Virus record (IMG/VR): IMGVR_UViG_2885360797_000005
Reading direction: 5' to 3' (one strand)
DNA length: 64,000 nucleotides
Origin: a virus
Taxonomy: Duplodnaviria > Caudoviricetes
The position numbers and the translations under genes are program-made. Shown in pieces: positions 53,367-62,807 of this stretch (its first letter is position 1; every line of letters starts with the position of its first letter). The notes beneath the pieces were generated by a model. The model saw only the letters and a list, made by a program, of their open reading frames with translations. It made no database searches and was not told the DNA's origin.

Positions 53367-56300
53367 AACGTTCCATTTTACAGAAGATTCATACGAGCAG
53401 TCGATTATCTCCTTGTTCAAGGATATGGGCTATGAATATCATTATGGCCCGGAACTCGAATCCGATACCTGTCGAGAACTCACTGATGCTACCATACCGG
53501 GAGCATTACGCAAAGCAATGTTGATTATCAATGGAACAGACAAAACTGGAGCCGTTGACGAAGCTATCCGACAAATCCGTGAACTATTCAGCCAGCCTTT
53601 GGTTAGCGCAAACGTGACCCTTACCGACTGGTTACAAAATGGTTTGGACGTTACATTCAAAACCGGGCAAGGAACATTGCGCAGTGACCATATCAAAATA
53701 ATAGACCCTGTTAATATAGACAACAACTCATTTGTAGTTGCCAATCAATGGACGGTTGTAAACGGTAACTCCACCAAACGTGCTGACATCGTGGTGTTCG
53801 TCAATGGTCTGCCTGTCTCAGTCATTGAGTTAAAATCTCCTTCCCGTGAAGTTACCAATTCGGAGGAAGCACACCAACAGTTGCAGAACTATATGCGTAT
53901 CGTTCCACAACTCTTTACTGCTTGTCAAATGCTTGTGATAAGCGATATGGCTGATACTCGTGTGGGTACTATTACAGCCCCTCTTGACCGATATATGGAG
54001 TGGAAAACCACAGATGGAAGTTACGAAAGCACTGCATTTGCTGACTTTGAGACTTTTTTCAATGGCATCTTCACCAAACATCGCTTCATTGATATTATGT
54101 CAGATTTCACTCTTACAATGGGAGTGGATAAAAAAGTCCGTATACTTGCAGGCTACCATCAATATTTTGCCGTTAAGAAAGCTCTTGACTGCACAAAACA
54201 AGCCTTACAACGTAATGACGGTAAAATTGGTGTATTTTGGCACACACAAGGTTCTGGCAAGAGTCTTTCAATGGTATTCTATGCCCATCAACTTTTGAAA
54301 AATCTGCTGAGTGCCACCTTACTTGTATTGACCGACCGCCTCGATTTGAACGACCAACTGCATAACACTTTTGCGGCTTGTAGCGATTACTTACGCCAAA
54401 CGCCTATAAAGGCTACTGATGGCGAACACTTGTATGAACTGCTTGAAAAGCGTAAAAGTCATGGTATCATCTTTGCCAACATCCAAAAATTCAAAGACCG
54501 TGACAAACTGATTACCAATCGTTCTGATGTAATTGTGATTAGTGATGAAGCCCATCGTACACAATCAAACACAAGAACAAAGGTAGATACAGAAACCGGT
54601 GAACTAAAACTTGGCTTTGCGGCTATCGTACGTAAACTTTTGCCTCATGCTGCGTTCATCGGTTTTACAGGTACACCTATCGAGCAAGACGATAACGATA
54701 CAAGAGAAGTATTCGGCAACTATATTGACATCTACGACATGACCCAAGCCGTGGAAGACGGTGCCACTGTTCCTGTCTATTATGAAAGTCGCTTGTTAAA
54801 ATTGGATTTGGATGCCGATACGCTTAAATTGCTGGATAACGAGTATGAAAAGCTTGCGGAAGAAGGAGCAGAGGAACAGGACATCAAACGCTCCAAGGAT
54901 GAAAACGCACGTATTCATGCCCTACTCTCAGCACCACAAACTATCGATACCCTGTGTAAAGACATCATAGGTCACTACGAGAACAACCGTGCCGATTTGC
55001 TTACGGGCAAGGCTTTGATTGTGGCGATAGACCGTGCTACCGGAATTGATATTTACAAAAAGCTGATAGAACTTCGTCCTCAGTGGAAAGACATTATTTG
55101 TGTTGTCATGACACAAGGAAACCAAGATCCAGTGGAATGGAATGACATTATTGGCTCTGGCGCACGAAAAGAGGAACTGGCTCGTCAGTTCAAAGACAAC
55201 AATTCACCATTGAAAATCGCTATTGTCGTGGATATGTGGCTCACAGGTTTTGATGTACCTTCGCTTGCCACGATGTACGTTTACAAGCCCATGAAGGGGC
55301 ATAATCTGATGCAGGCTATTGCCAGGGTAAATCGTGTTTTCCCGGAAAAGAGCGGTGGTTTGGTGGTAGATTATATTGGCATAGCCAAGGCTCTTAAAAA
55401 AGCCATGCACGACTATACAGGACGTGACAAGAAACGCTTTGGTGACCCGAATATCAAGACTACCGCTTATCAGCAATTTGTTGCTGCACTAAAGCGTTGC
55501 CGTGAATGTATGGATGACTACGACTATTCAGCGTTTGCAGACTGTTCCAACTTGCAACGAGCCAATCTTATAAGAGGTGGTGTAAACGTGCTGCTTGACA
55601 AGAACAATCTTGTTTCCTCTCAACCTACCACCCAGACTGATGAAAACGGCAACATTATTTTAGTGGACTCCGTTCCTGCCGAAGCACAAAAGGTATTTAT
55701 GGAAGAAAGCAAACGTCTGGCACAAGCTGCATCGCTTTGTCGTAGCCTGCTGACTCCAGCGGAACGTTATGAAGAAGCATACTTTGAAGCGGTTAGGACA
55801 TTGCTTTTGCGCCTTACGGGAAACAAAAATATTACTCGAAAAATTATAGACGAGCGTATTACACAGTTGCTCAAAGTGGCTATCAAGGCTGACGGCGTGG
55901 TGGAAATACTCAGCACCAAAGGGACTGAATTTTCTCTTTTTGACGAGAATTTTTTGAAAGAGATTGCCGAGATGAAAGAGAAAAATTTTGCGCTCGAACT
56001 TCTCAAACGTTTACTTGAAGAACATATCAGGAAACATGCTAAAAAGAGAATGGTAGAAGCCGAAAAGTTTAGTGAAATGCTTGATGCCCGACTTGCCGAA
56101 TACTTGCGTGGCTTGATTTCCAACGAGGAGGTGATAAAAGAGTTGCTAAAAATGGCGCAGGAGCTGAAAGCGAATGCAGAGCAAGCATCAGAATTGGGAC
56201 TGACAGAAGAAGAACAAGCATTTTACGATGCTTTGACAAAACCACAAGCCGTAAGGGATTTCTACGAAAACGACCAACTTGTTGCGATGGCAAAGGAACT

Positions 56301-56484
56301 GACCGAAGCCTTACGCAGTAGCAAAACGATTGACTGGCGGCAGAAAGAGTCGGCTCGTGCCAAGATGCGCTCTATGGTGAAACGATTGCTCAAAAAGTAC
56401 AAATACCCACCAGAAGAACAAGAAGCTGCACTTGAAACAGTTATTCGTCAGTGTGAACTCTATGCAGATTCAGACGAAGTATAA
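53359..56484 (+). CDS. hsdR: Type I R-M restriction subunit
   Basis: DIVVFVNGLP..VIELK, WHTQGSGKS, DEAHR, FTGTP, QAIARVNR. Confidence 0.95.
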   Translation: MPKTFHFTEDSYEQSIISLFKDMGYEYHYGPELESDTCRELTDATIPGALRKAMLIINGTDKTGAVDEAIRQIRELFSQPLVSANVTLTDWLQNGLDVTFKTGQGTLRSDHIKIIDPVNIDNNSFVVANQWTVVNGNSTKRADIVVFVNGLPVSVIELKSPSREVTNSEEAHQQLQNYMRIVPQLFTACQMLVISDMADTRVGTITAPLDRYMEWKTTDGSYESTAFADFETFFNGIFTKHRFIDIMSDFTLTMGVDKKVRILAGYHQYFAVKKALDCTKQALQRNDGKIGVFWHTQGSGKSLSMVFYAHQLLKNLLSATLLVLTDRLDLNDQLHNTFAACSDYLRQTPIKATDGEHLYELLEKRKSHGIIFANIQKFKDRDKLITNRSDVIVISDEAHRTQSNTRTKVDTETGELKLGFAAIVRKLLPHAAFIGFTGTPIEQDDNDTREVFGNYIDIYDMTQAVEDGATVPVYYESRLLKLDLDADTLKLLDNEYEKLAEEGAEEQDIKRSKDENARIHALLSAPQTIDTLCKDIIGHYENNRADLLTGKALIVAIDRATGIDIYKKLIELRPQWKDIICVVMTQGNQDPVEWNDIIGSGARKEELARQFKDNNSPLKIAIVVDMWLTGFDVPSLATMYVYKPMKGHNLMQAIARVNRVFPEKSGGLVVDYIGIAKALKKAMHDYTGRDKKRFGDPNIKTTAYQQFVAALKRCRECMDDYDYSAFADCSNLQRANLIRGGVNVLLDKNNLVSSQPTTQTDENGNIILVDSVPAEAQKVFMEESKRLAQAASLCRSLLTPAERYEEAYFEAVRTLLLRLTGNKNITRKIIDERITQLLKVAIKADGVVEILSTKGTEFSLFDENFLKEIAEMKEKNFALELLKRLLEEHIRKHAKKRMVEAEKFSEMLDARLAEYLRGLISNEEVIKELLKMAQELKANAEQASELGLTEEEQAFYDALTKPQAVRDFYENDQLVAMAKELTEALRSSKTIDWRQKESARAKMRSMVKRLLKKYKYPPEEQEAALETVIRQCELYADSDEV

Positions 56485-56499
56485 TCAAAATAGAATGGT

Positions 56500-58860
56500 A
56501 TGGAAGCTAAAGATAGAGAACAATTATATAACGATTTTCAAAAGGCATTCCCTCTAGAGAAATTGAAGGACATGACTTTGGAGCAATATACAAATTTGAA
56601 CAGGGAAGATTCATTTTGCTATTGGCTTGAATCAAAGACATCCGAATTAGGGTCAATATGGGGAGGTGCCGCCTATAAATTTGGTATATTCAAGTTCGAC
56701 AAATTTCCTAAGCAGGATAATGGGAAATATACACATGATGATAACTATTCTTGGAGTAGTCGTTTAGGCAGTACATCAGAAGAGGCATTTAACAATGTCA
56801 AGAATGCAATAGTGAAGATAGCTGAACACGCCAGTAATGCACAATGGAACGAAATTGAAAAGATAAACGAGTTGTGGCCTGTAACTACATGGAAGATTGC
56901 TTTCTTATATTCCAATATGTCCCTTGTCCCCATTTATAAACGGGATATGTTGGACACATTGGCAAGATATTTTAAGATAAACACCCTTAAAGGGAAAAAG
57001 ACATCTGACATACAGCAGTTCTTGATGAAGCAAAAAGGAGACAAAAACCTCTTTGTCTTCTATGGGGAACTTCTGAGTATTCTGGAAGCTGAAAATAAAA
57101 AGAAAACAGAAACAAAGCAGGAAATCAAATACTGGATTTGCGCACCGGGTGACCGTGCAAGTAAATGGGATTTATGCCAACAAGATAACATCATCAGTAT
57201 CGGATGGGACGAAATGGGCGATTATCGTCAATACCCATCTCTTGATGATGTAAAGAAACGTATGCAGACAATCTATGATAAGCCTGACGCATCATTTAAG
57301 AATGACAGTTTGGCCATTTGGCAATTCTGCAACGAAATGACCCCGGGAGATATAATATATGCCAAAGCCGGACAAAAGAAATTTGTCGGTCGTGGCATTG
57401 TGATGTCTGAATATATCTATAACGAAGATTATTCAGACTACATGAATGTCAGAAGGGTTAAATGGACGCATATTGGAGAATGGGAAGCTCCGCATAATAC
57501 AGTTCAAAAGACCCTGACTGACGTTACTCAATACACCAATTACGTTAGAACCTTGGAGGATATGTTTGAGGGTAAAGAATCCAGACGATATTGGTGGCTT
57601 GTGGCCAGTCCCAAAATATGGAGCTTTGACAAAATGAAAGTTGGTGAAGAACAAGATTATACGCTATATAATGATAATGGCAACCAACGACGGATATTTC
57701 AAAACTTTCTGGATGCTAAAGAAGGTGATTTGATAATAGGATATGAAGCCACTCCTACAAAGAAAATTGTAGCCTTAGCAGAAGTGTCAAAGGATACGGA
57801 TGACAAGTATTTCTATTTCAAAAAGACAGAAACATTGCTTTCTGCCATTGATTTCCTATCTATTAAGGAGAATCCTGTTTTTGCGGGGATGGAATTTTTC
57901 AAGAATATGAATGGTTCTTTATTCAAACTTTCCACAGATGAATACAAGGAACTGATGGATGTCATTCGGGAACAGAATCCAATTCGTACGGATGTAAAGT
58001 CGCAAAAGTATGAAAAAGAGAATTTCTTGTCTGACGTGTTCATGAACGAAGAGGAATACGACAAATTAACTATGCTTCTCAAAATGAAGAAGAATGTAAT
58101 TCTTCAAGGAGCACCCGGTGTGGGCAAGACTTATTCTGCCAAACGATTGGCTTATGCCCTAATGGGAGAAAAGGATGATTCCCGAATAGAATTTGTCCAG
58201 TTTCATCAGAACTACAGTTATGAAGATTTTATCATGGGCTACAAACCAAATGCAGAAGGAGGTTTTGAGTTGCGTAATGGTATTTTCTATAACTTCTGTA
58301 AGGTTGCTCAGAACAATCCAGAAAAGCAACATTTCTTTATTATTGATGAGATTAACCGTGGTAATCTGAGTAAAATCTTCGGAGAATTACTGATGCTGAT
58401 AGAAAGTGATTATCGCGATACAGAAATCAAATTGGCTTATAAGGACGAACTGTTTTCTGTCCCCAAAAATCTATACATCATCGGAATGATGAATACAGCT
58501 GATAGGAGTTTGGCTATGATAGACTACGCACTTCGTCGTCGTTTTAGCTTTTTCGAGATGAAACCCGGATTCGATTCTATAGGATTCATAAAGTACCAAA
58601 AAGAAGTTATAGGAGATACTTCTTTTGTTAAAGTCATAGATGGGATTAAGAACCTCAACGACACAATAGAAAAAGAGTTCGGAAGAGGATTCTGTATCGG
58701 GCACAGTTTTTTCTGTAAGCCTAATACAGAAACATATACCATTGCATGGCTGAAGAATGTGATAGAGTTTGACATTAAACCCATGATTCTTGAATATTGG
58801 TTCGACAATGAAAAGAAAGCCCAACAGGAGATTGACAAACTAACTCTTTTACTTCAATGA
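56500..58860 (+). CDS. mcrB: McrB-family GTPase with several N-terminal reader domains (EVE/PUA-like)
   Basis: GAPGVGKT, QFHQNYSYEDF, DEINRG, MNTADRS, ALRRRF; YWWLVASPKIW EVE-like segment. Confidence 0.9.
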   Translation: MEAKDREQLYNDFQKAFPLEKLKDMTLEQYTNLNREDSFCYWLESKTSELGSIWGGAAYKFGIFKFDKFPKQDNGKYTHDDNYSWSSRLGSTSEEAFNNVKNAIVKIAEHASNAQWNEIEKINELWPVTTWKIAFLYSNMSLVPIYKRDMLDTLARYFKINTLKGKKTSDIQQFLMKQKGDKNLFVFYGELLSILEAENKKKTETKQEIKYWICAPGDRASKWDLCQQDNIISIGWDEMGDYRQYPSLDDVKKRMQTIYDKPDASFKNDSLAIWQFCNEMTPGDIIYAKAGQKKFVGRGIVMSEYIYNEDYSDYMNVRRVKWTHIGEWEAPHNTVQKTLTDVTQYTNYVRTLEDMFEGKESRRYWWLVASPKIWSFDKMKVGEEQDYTLYNDNGNQRRIFQNFLDAKEGDLIIGYEATPTKKIVALAEVSKDTDDKYFYFKKTETLLSAIDFLSIKENPVFAGMEFFKNMNGSLFKLSTDEYKELMDVIREQNPIRTDVKSQKYEKENFLSDVFMNEEEYDKLTMLLKMKKNVILQGAPGVGKTYSAKRLAYALMGEKDDSRIEFVQFHQNYSYEDFIMGYKPNAEGGFELRNGIFYNFCKVAQNNPEKQHFFIIDEINRGNLSKIFGELLMLIESDYRDTEIKLAYKDELFSVPKNLYIIGMMNTADRSLAMIDYALRRRFSFFEMKPGFDSIGFIKYQKEVIGDTSFVKVIDGIKNLNDTIEKEFGRGFCIGHSFFCKPNTETYTIAWLKNVIEFDIKPMILEYWFDNEKKAQQEIDKLTLLLQ

Positions 58861-59903
58861 GTGTGAATAAGAACATATTCATCAAGAATATCTACTATAT
58901 GTTGGCATACGCTTTCCAAGAGTTGCAACGTAATCAGTATGAAGATATTCAGAGTGAGGATTTCGACGAGATACATCAATTGCTTGCCGAAATTCTCATT
59001 CATGGTGTATCGTTTCAGTTAAAAAAAGGTCTGCACAAGGAGTACATTTCTAAAACTGAATCTATAGCATCAGTGAAAGGGAAAATAGATATACCGGGCA
59101 CTGTGCAGCACCTTATGCAGAGAAAAATGCGTATATCATGCCAGTATGATGAATTGTCAGAAAATTGTCTATTTAACCAAATCATTAAAACAACATGTGA
59201 GATACTTTTATCACATCCATCTGTAAAGACTAGCCAGAAATTTACGATTAAACGTCTAATGCTTTTCTTTTCAGAAGTGAATGAAATACCCCCTCTTTCT
59301 ATTAAGTGGAACTTGTTGCGTTATGATAGAAACAGTAGAACATATCAAATGTTGCATTATATCTGCTTCTTCATTATTGACAATATGATACTGACAAGCC
59401 AAGAAGGGAAATTCAAAATGAGTCGCTTTTCTGATGAGCATATGTGCAGATTATATGAAAAGTTTGTCTTAGAGTATTATCGAAAGGAACATCCCGAAAC
59501 AAAAGCCCGTGCAGCTCAAATCAAATGGAATATTGACGAACAGCTATCAACAACGGATATATTACCCATACTCCAAACAGACATCTATCTTACACTAAAA
59601 GATAGAACACTTATAATTGATACGAAGTATTATAGTCAAACTATGCAGGAGCATTTTGATAAGGTAAGTATTCACAGTGCTAACCTTAACCAAATACTTG
59701 TCTATGTTTTAAATGAAGATGATAATATGCAGGGGAAAGTAGATGGAATGCTGCTATATGCAAAGACAGATGAAGATATTGTACCTGATGGTCAATTAAA
59801 ATGGAAGACTGGTAGCACTATATATTTCAGGACACTTGACTTAGGTGTTGATTTTAAGTATATTCGCAAACAACTGGATGATTTTTTAATCACTAAATCA
59901 TAG
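58857..59903 (+). CDS. mcrC: McrC-family nuclease subunit
   Basis: IKNIYYMLAY, LYEKFV, TD...IIDTKYY, GMLLYA; ATGA overlap with mcrB. Confidence 0.9.
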   Translation: MSVNKNIFIKNIYYMLAYAFQELQRNQYEDIQSEDFDEIHQLLAEILIHGVSFQLKKGLHKEYISKTESIASVKGKIDIPGTVQHLMQRKMRISCQYDELSENCLFNQIIKTTCEILLSHPSVKTSQKFTIKRLMLFFSEVNEIPPLSIKWNLLRYDRNSRTYQMLHYICFFIIDNMILTSQEGKFKMSRFSDEHMCRLYEKFVLEYYRKEHPETKARAAQIKWNIDEQLSTTDILPILQTDIYLTLKDRTLIIDTKYYSQTMQEHFDKVSIHSANLNQILVYVLNEDDNMQGKVDGMLLYAKTDEDIVPDGQLKWKTGSTIYFRTLDLGVDFKYIRKQLDDFLITKS

Positions 59904-59928
59904 TTTTAGATGAAACCAACAATCCATA

Positions 59929-60603
59929 ATGAAGAATAAAATGTCAAGAGCACCCATCTTTACCATCAGCAGGCTCCGTATGGGGACAGACGGACATGGA
60001 GTAACCACGCTTGTCGCTTTCATGGGGTGCCCACTCAAATGCAAGTATTGCCTGAATGAGAAATGCCATGAGCCGATATACGAAGATGATGGAAAGACTC
60101 TGAGGAATGGTATTATGCTGCTTACTCCAAGTGAGTTGTATGATTTGGTAAAGATTGACAACATCTATTTTCAAGCAACAGACGGAGGCATTTGTTTTGG
60201 AGGTGGAGAACCGACATTATATCCAGAGTTTATTGAGGAATTCTGTGACCTTTGTAACGAAAAATGGAAGATTACAATAGAAACTTCGTTGCGCTGTTCC
60301 GGTGAAACTATCAGGAAATTAAGCAAGGCAATAGATTACTGGATTGTGGATGTCAAATCTTTAGATTCGGATACATATTCTTCATACACACGTGTATCAT
60401 CTATGATAGAACAGCATTTGACGATACTGAAACGATGCGTTACGGATAAACAAGCAACGATTAAAGTGCCTATCATTCCCGGATTCAATAACGAAAGTGA
60501 AGCAGATAGAACCGCCGAAGACATCAAAAAAAGGTTTAGGTTTACCAATGTAGTTAAGATTAGATATATAACAAAATATTGTTGTCCAACAAAAATTGAT
60601 TAA
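59929..60603 (+). CDS. Radical SAM protein (PFL-activase-like)
   Basis: DGHG..T.V.F.GCPLKCKYCLN (CxxxCxxC), GGGEP, IETS, IIPGFN. Confidence 0.88.
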   Translation: MKNKMSRAPIFTISRLRMGTDGHGVTTLVAFMGCPLKCKYCLNEKCHEPIYEDDGKTLRNGIMLLTPSELYDLVKIDNIYFQATDGGICFGGGEPTLYPEFIEEFCDLCNEKWKITIETSLRCSGETIRKLSKAIDYWIVDVKSLDSDTYSSYTRVSSMIEQHLTILKRCVTDKQATIKVPIIPGFNNESEADRTAEDIKKRFRFTNVVKIRYITKYCCPTKID

Positions 60604-60648
60604 TGAAATAACTCCAGTTGCAACATAGGTTTACAAAATAATAGAAAT

Positions 60649-61527
60649 ATGACATCAAGAAAGAATAGCGATGAACACTATGTCATCGATTTATGCGATG
60701 AAGTTCTTGGTTTAAAAGCATCAAGGCAGCAGACTTTTGACTTTCTGCGTGGCGATGGGAATCCCGGAAAGAAACTTCCTGTTGATGCGTATTATCCCCA
60801 ATTAAAACTCGTTGTAGAATATAAGGAGCGGCAACACACAGAATCGGTGGCTTTCTTCAACAAGAAAACCACTGTGAGTGGTGTATGTCGCGACGAACAG
60901 CGACGTATTTATGACCAGCGACGCAGGGACGTTCTGCCCAAGCACGGTATTAAACTGATTGAAATATCATACACTGACTTTAAGTATGACAACCATAAAC
61001 GCCTCATTCGTAATCGACAAGCAGACATGGCTGAAATACGAAGAATACTTTCAAAGACTCAAAATGAAAATCAAAAAGTTGAACATAAAAATACAGATAA
61101 GCAGACAAAAAAAGATGAAAGAAACAATCTAAGGAGTAAAACACCTGTAAAAGATGGAAGACATACTTGGGTTTACTCTGCATATAGTAAGTTTGGCTGC
61201 CTGTTTATATTGGCAGTTGTCTTTTGTACACTATTGATTTCATCTTATCTCACTATATCTGTTTTCGATTTTAACGAAGGTTTATCATTAATAATTATGT
61301 TTTTCTCTTTATTTGTAGTATCATTCATTTTTCATCACTACACAACAGGGGTGGATGAAAAGTTGGATAAGGAAAAATATAAAAGAAAAGAAGTATCTTC
61401 TATTTATAGTAGTACGAACCATAATCCTGTCTGCTGTCCCCAATGTGGAAGTCATACTATAGGTCTGTCAGATAATGGAGGATTCGTCTGTATAGACTGT
61501 GGGGTGCAGTGGTATCAAACATATTAA
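60649..61527 (+). CDS. Vsr/DUF559-like nuclease domain + two TM helices + C-terminal Zn ribbon
   Basis: LPVDAY...VVEY.ERQH, YDQRR; hydrophobic segments; CPQCG...CIDCG. Confidence 0.65.
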   Translation: MTSRKNSDEHYVIDLCDEVLGLKASRQQTFDFLRGDGNPGKKLPVDAYYPQLKLVVEYKERQHTESVAFFNKKTTVSGVCRDEQRRIYDQRRRDVLPKHGIKLIEISYTDFKYDNHKRLIRNRQADMAEIRRILSKTQNENQKVEHKNTDKQTKKDERNNLRSKTPVKDGRHTWVYSAYSKFGCLFILAVVFCTLLISSYLTISVFDFNEGLSLIIMFFSLFVVSFIFHHYTTGVDEKLDKEKYKRKEVSSIYSSTNHNPVCCPQCGSHTIGLSDNGGFVCIDCGVQWYQTY

Positions 61528-61659
61528 CTATCATAGAAGAACTGTTTCGGGATTGTGGAGGGAGTCCGTTCCTTATCCAATTATGCCTCAAAATCATAAA
61601 TTTTCCACAAAAAAGTTTACCAGACAGCGATAATTACAGAACATTATAAAAATAAGGTC

Positions 61660-62805
61660 ATGAGTACAGGAAAAGAAAAATGCGAAATGCTAAAAGCAAT
61701 CAGAAAACAGATTGCAGAACGATACAACTTAGAGTACACACCATCAGAATGCACTCACAAAGGAAATTGCCTTGGTACATGCCCTAAATGCGATGCCGAA
61801 CTCCGTGACCTTCAAGAACAGTTAGAACGAAGAGGAATAACGGATATTGATTGGAATGTGGAAATTCCCGAAGAGGAAAGTAGTGTAGATCCAGAGGATT
61901 CTGCCCGCTCTATTCTGCAAGGTGATGTTGAATCACCGAAAGAGCCTGAATTGATAAAAGTAACAATGGGGATGCCCGCTCCTCCATACCTATATAGAGA
62001 TAAAAAACGCGTTCTCTACAAGGAGTGTCAGGTAGCAGGTATTACGTTCCATAACCTTGAAGAAGTTTGGGATGAGTTATATGAGGGGGCTGAACTTGCA
62101 TTAGTCAGAGAAAAAGACAACAAGCACGACAAATATGCTATTGCCGTAGCCTTGGCCGATGATTATGATGGGGAACCGGATGACTTTGATTTTGACTACA
62201 TCTTGGGATATGTACCTCGGTCGGATAATAAGGATTTGGCTGACATGATGGATATGGGTTGGGCAGAAGCTTTTGAATGTGAGCTTAGTCAGGTCAACGG
62301 TTCTAACCCCTATAAGGGAAGTCTGTGGATGAAGATATACATCGTCAGCAAAGACGAGGAAGAATATGAGAATACAGAACACCTGTTGCATGCCATGGAA
62401 CTGGATGATGAAGCATACGAAGAGTTTACCACTTGCATAGAAAATCATGGCTGTGCTTATTTTAGGTGGGGAGGTTTCCAACCGTGTGAATACCACAATT
62501 TCCCAAAGAAAGGCGATAAAGTTGTATTCATACACAAAGGAGAAAATATCTCAGAATTATATCTAATGTATTGCATAGCTGTAGGCGATGATAATGCAGC
62601 CTACTTCGTAGAGGACAAAACCTCATTACATGCTATTGATGACAGTTGCTATTATGTGTTCACTACCATTCACGGCCCACTAAAGGTAAGCAATAATCAA
62701 ATTTCTTTTCTTGAAGATGAGATTGTTTGCGATATTCAAGCTGATGAATACCTTTCAGAAAATGCTTCGACCAAACTACAACTATTATTTGATAGCAGGA
62801 AATAA
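61660..62805 (+). CDS. Cys-rich N-terminal domain fused to a HIRAN domain
   Basis: GKEKC..LK.IRKQIA...CTHKGNCLGTCPKCDAE; VAG..F, LVREKDNKHDKYAIAV, LGYVP HIRAN motifs. Confidence 0.8.
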   Translation: MSTGKEKCEMLKAIRKQIAERYNLEYTPSECTHKGNCLGTCPKCDAELRDLQEQLERRGITDIDWNVEIPEEESSVDPEDSARSILQGDVESPKEPELIKVTMGMPAPPYLYRDKKRVLYKECQVAGITFHNLEEVWDELYEGAELALVREKDNKHDKYAIAVALADDYDGEPDDFDFDYILGYVPRSDNKDLADMMDMGWAEAFECELSQVNGSNPYKGSLWMKIYIVSKDEEEYENTEHLLHAMELDDEAYEEFTTCIENHGCAYFRWGGFQPCEYHNFPKKGDKVVFIHKGENISELYLMYCIAVGDDNAAYFVEDKTSLHAIDDSCYYVFTTIHGPLKVSNNQISFLEDEIVCDIQADEYLSENASTKLQLLFDSRK

Positions 62806-62807
62806 AT

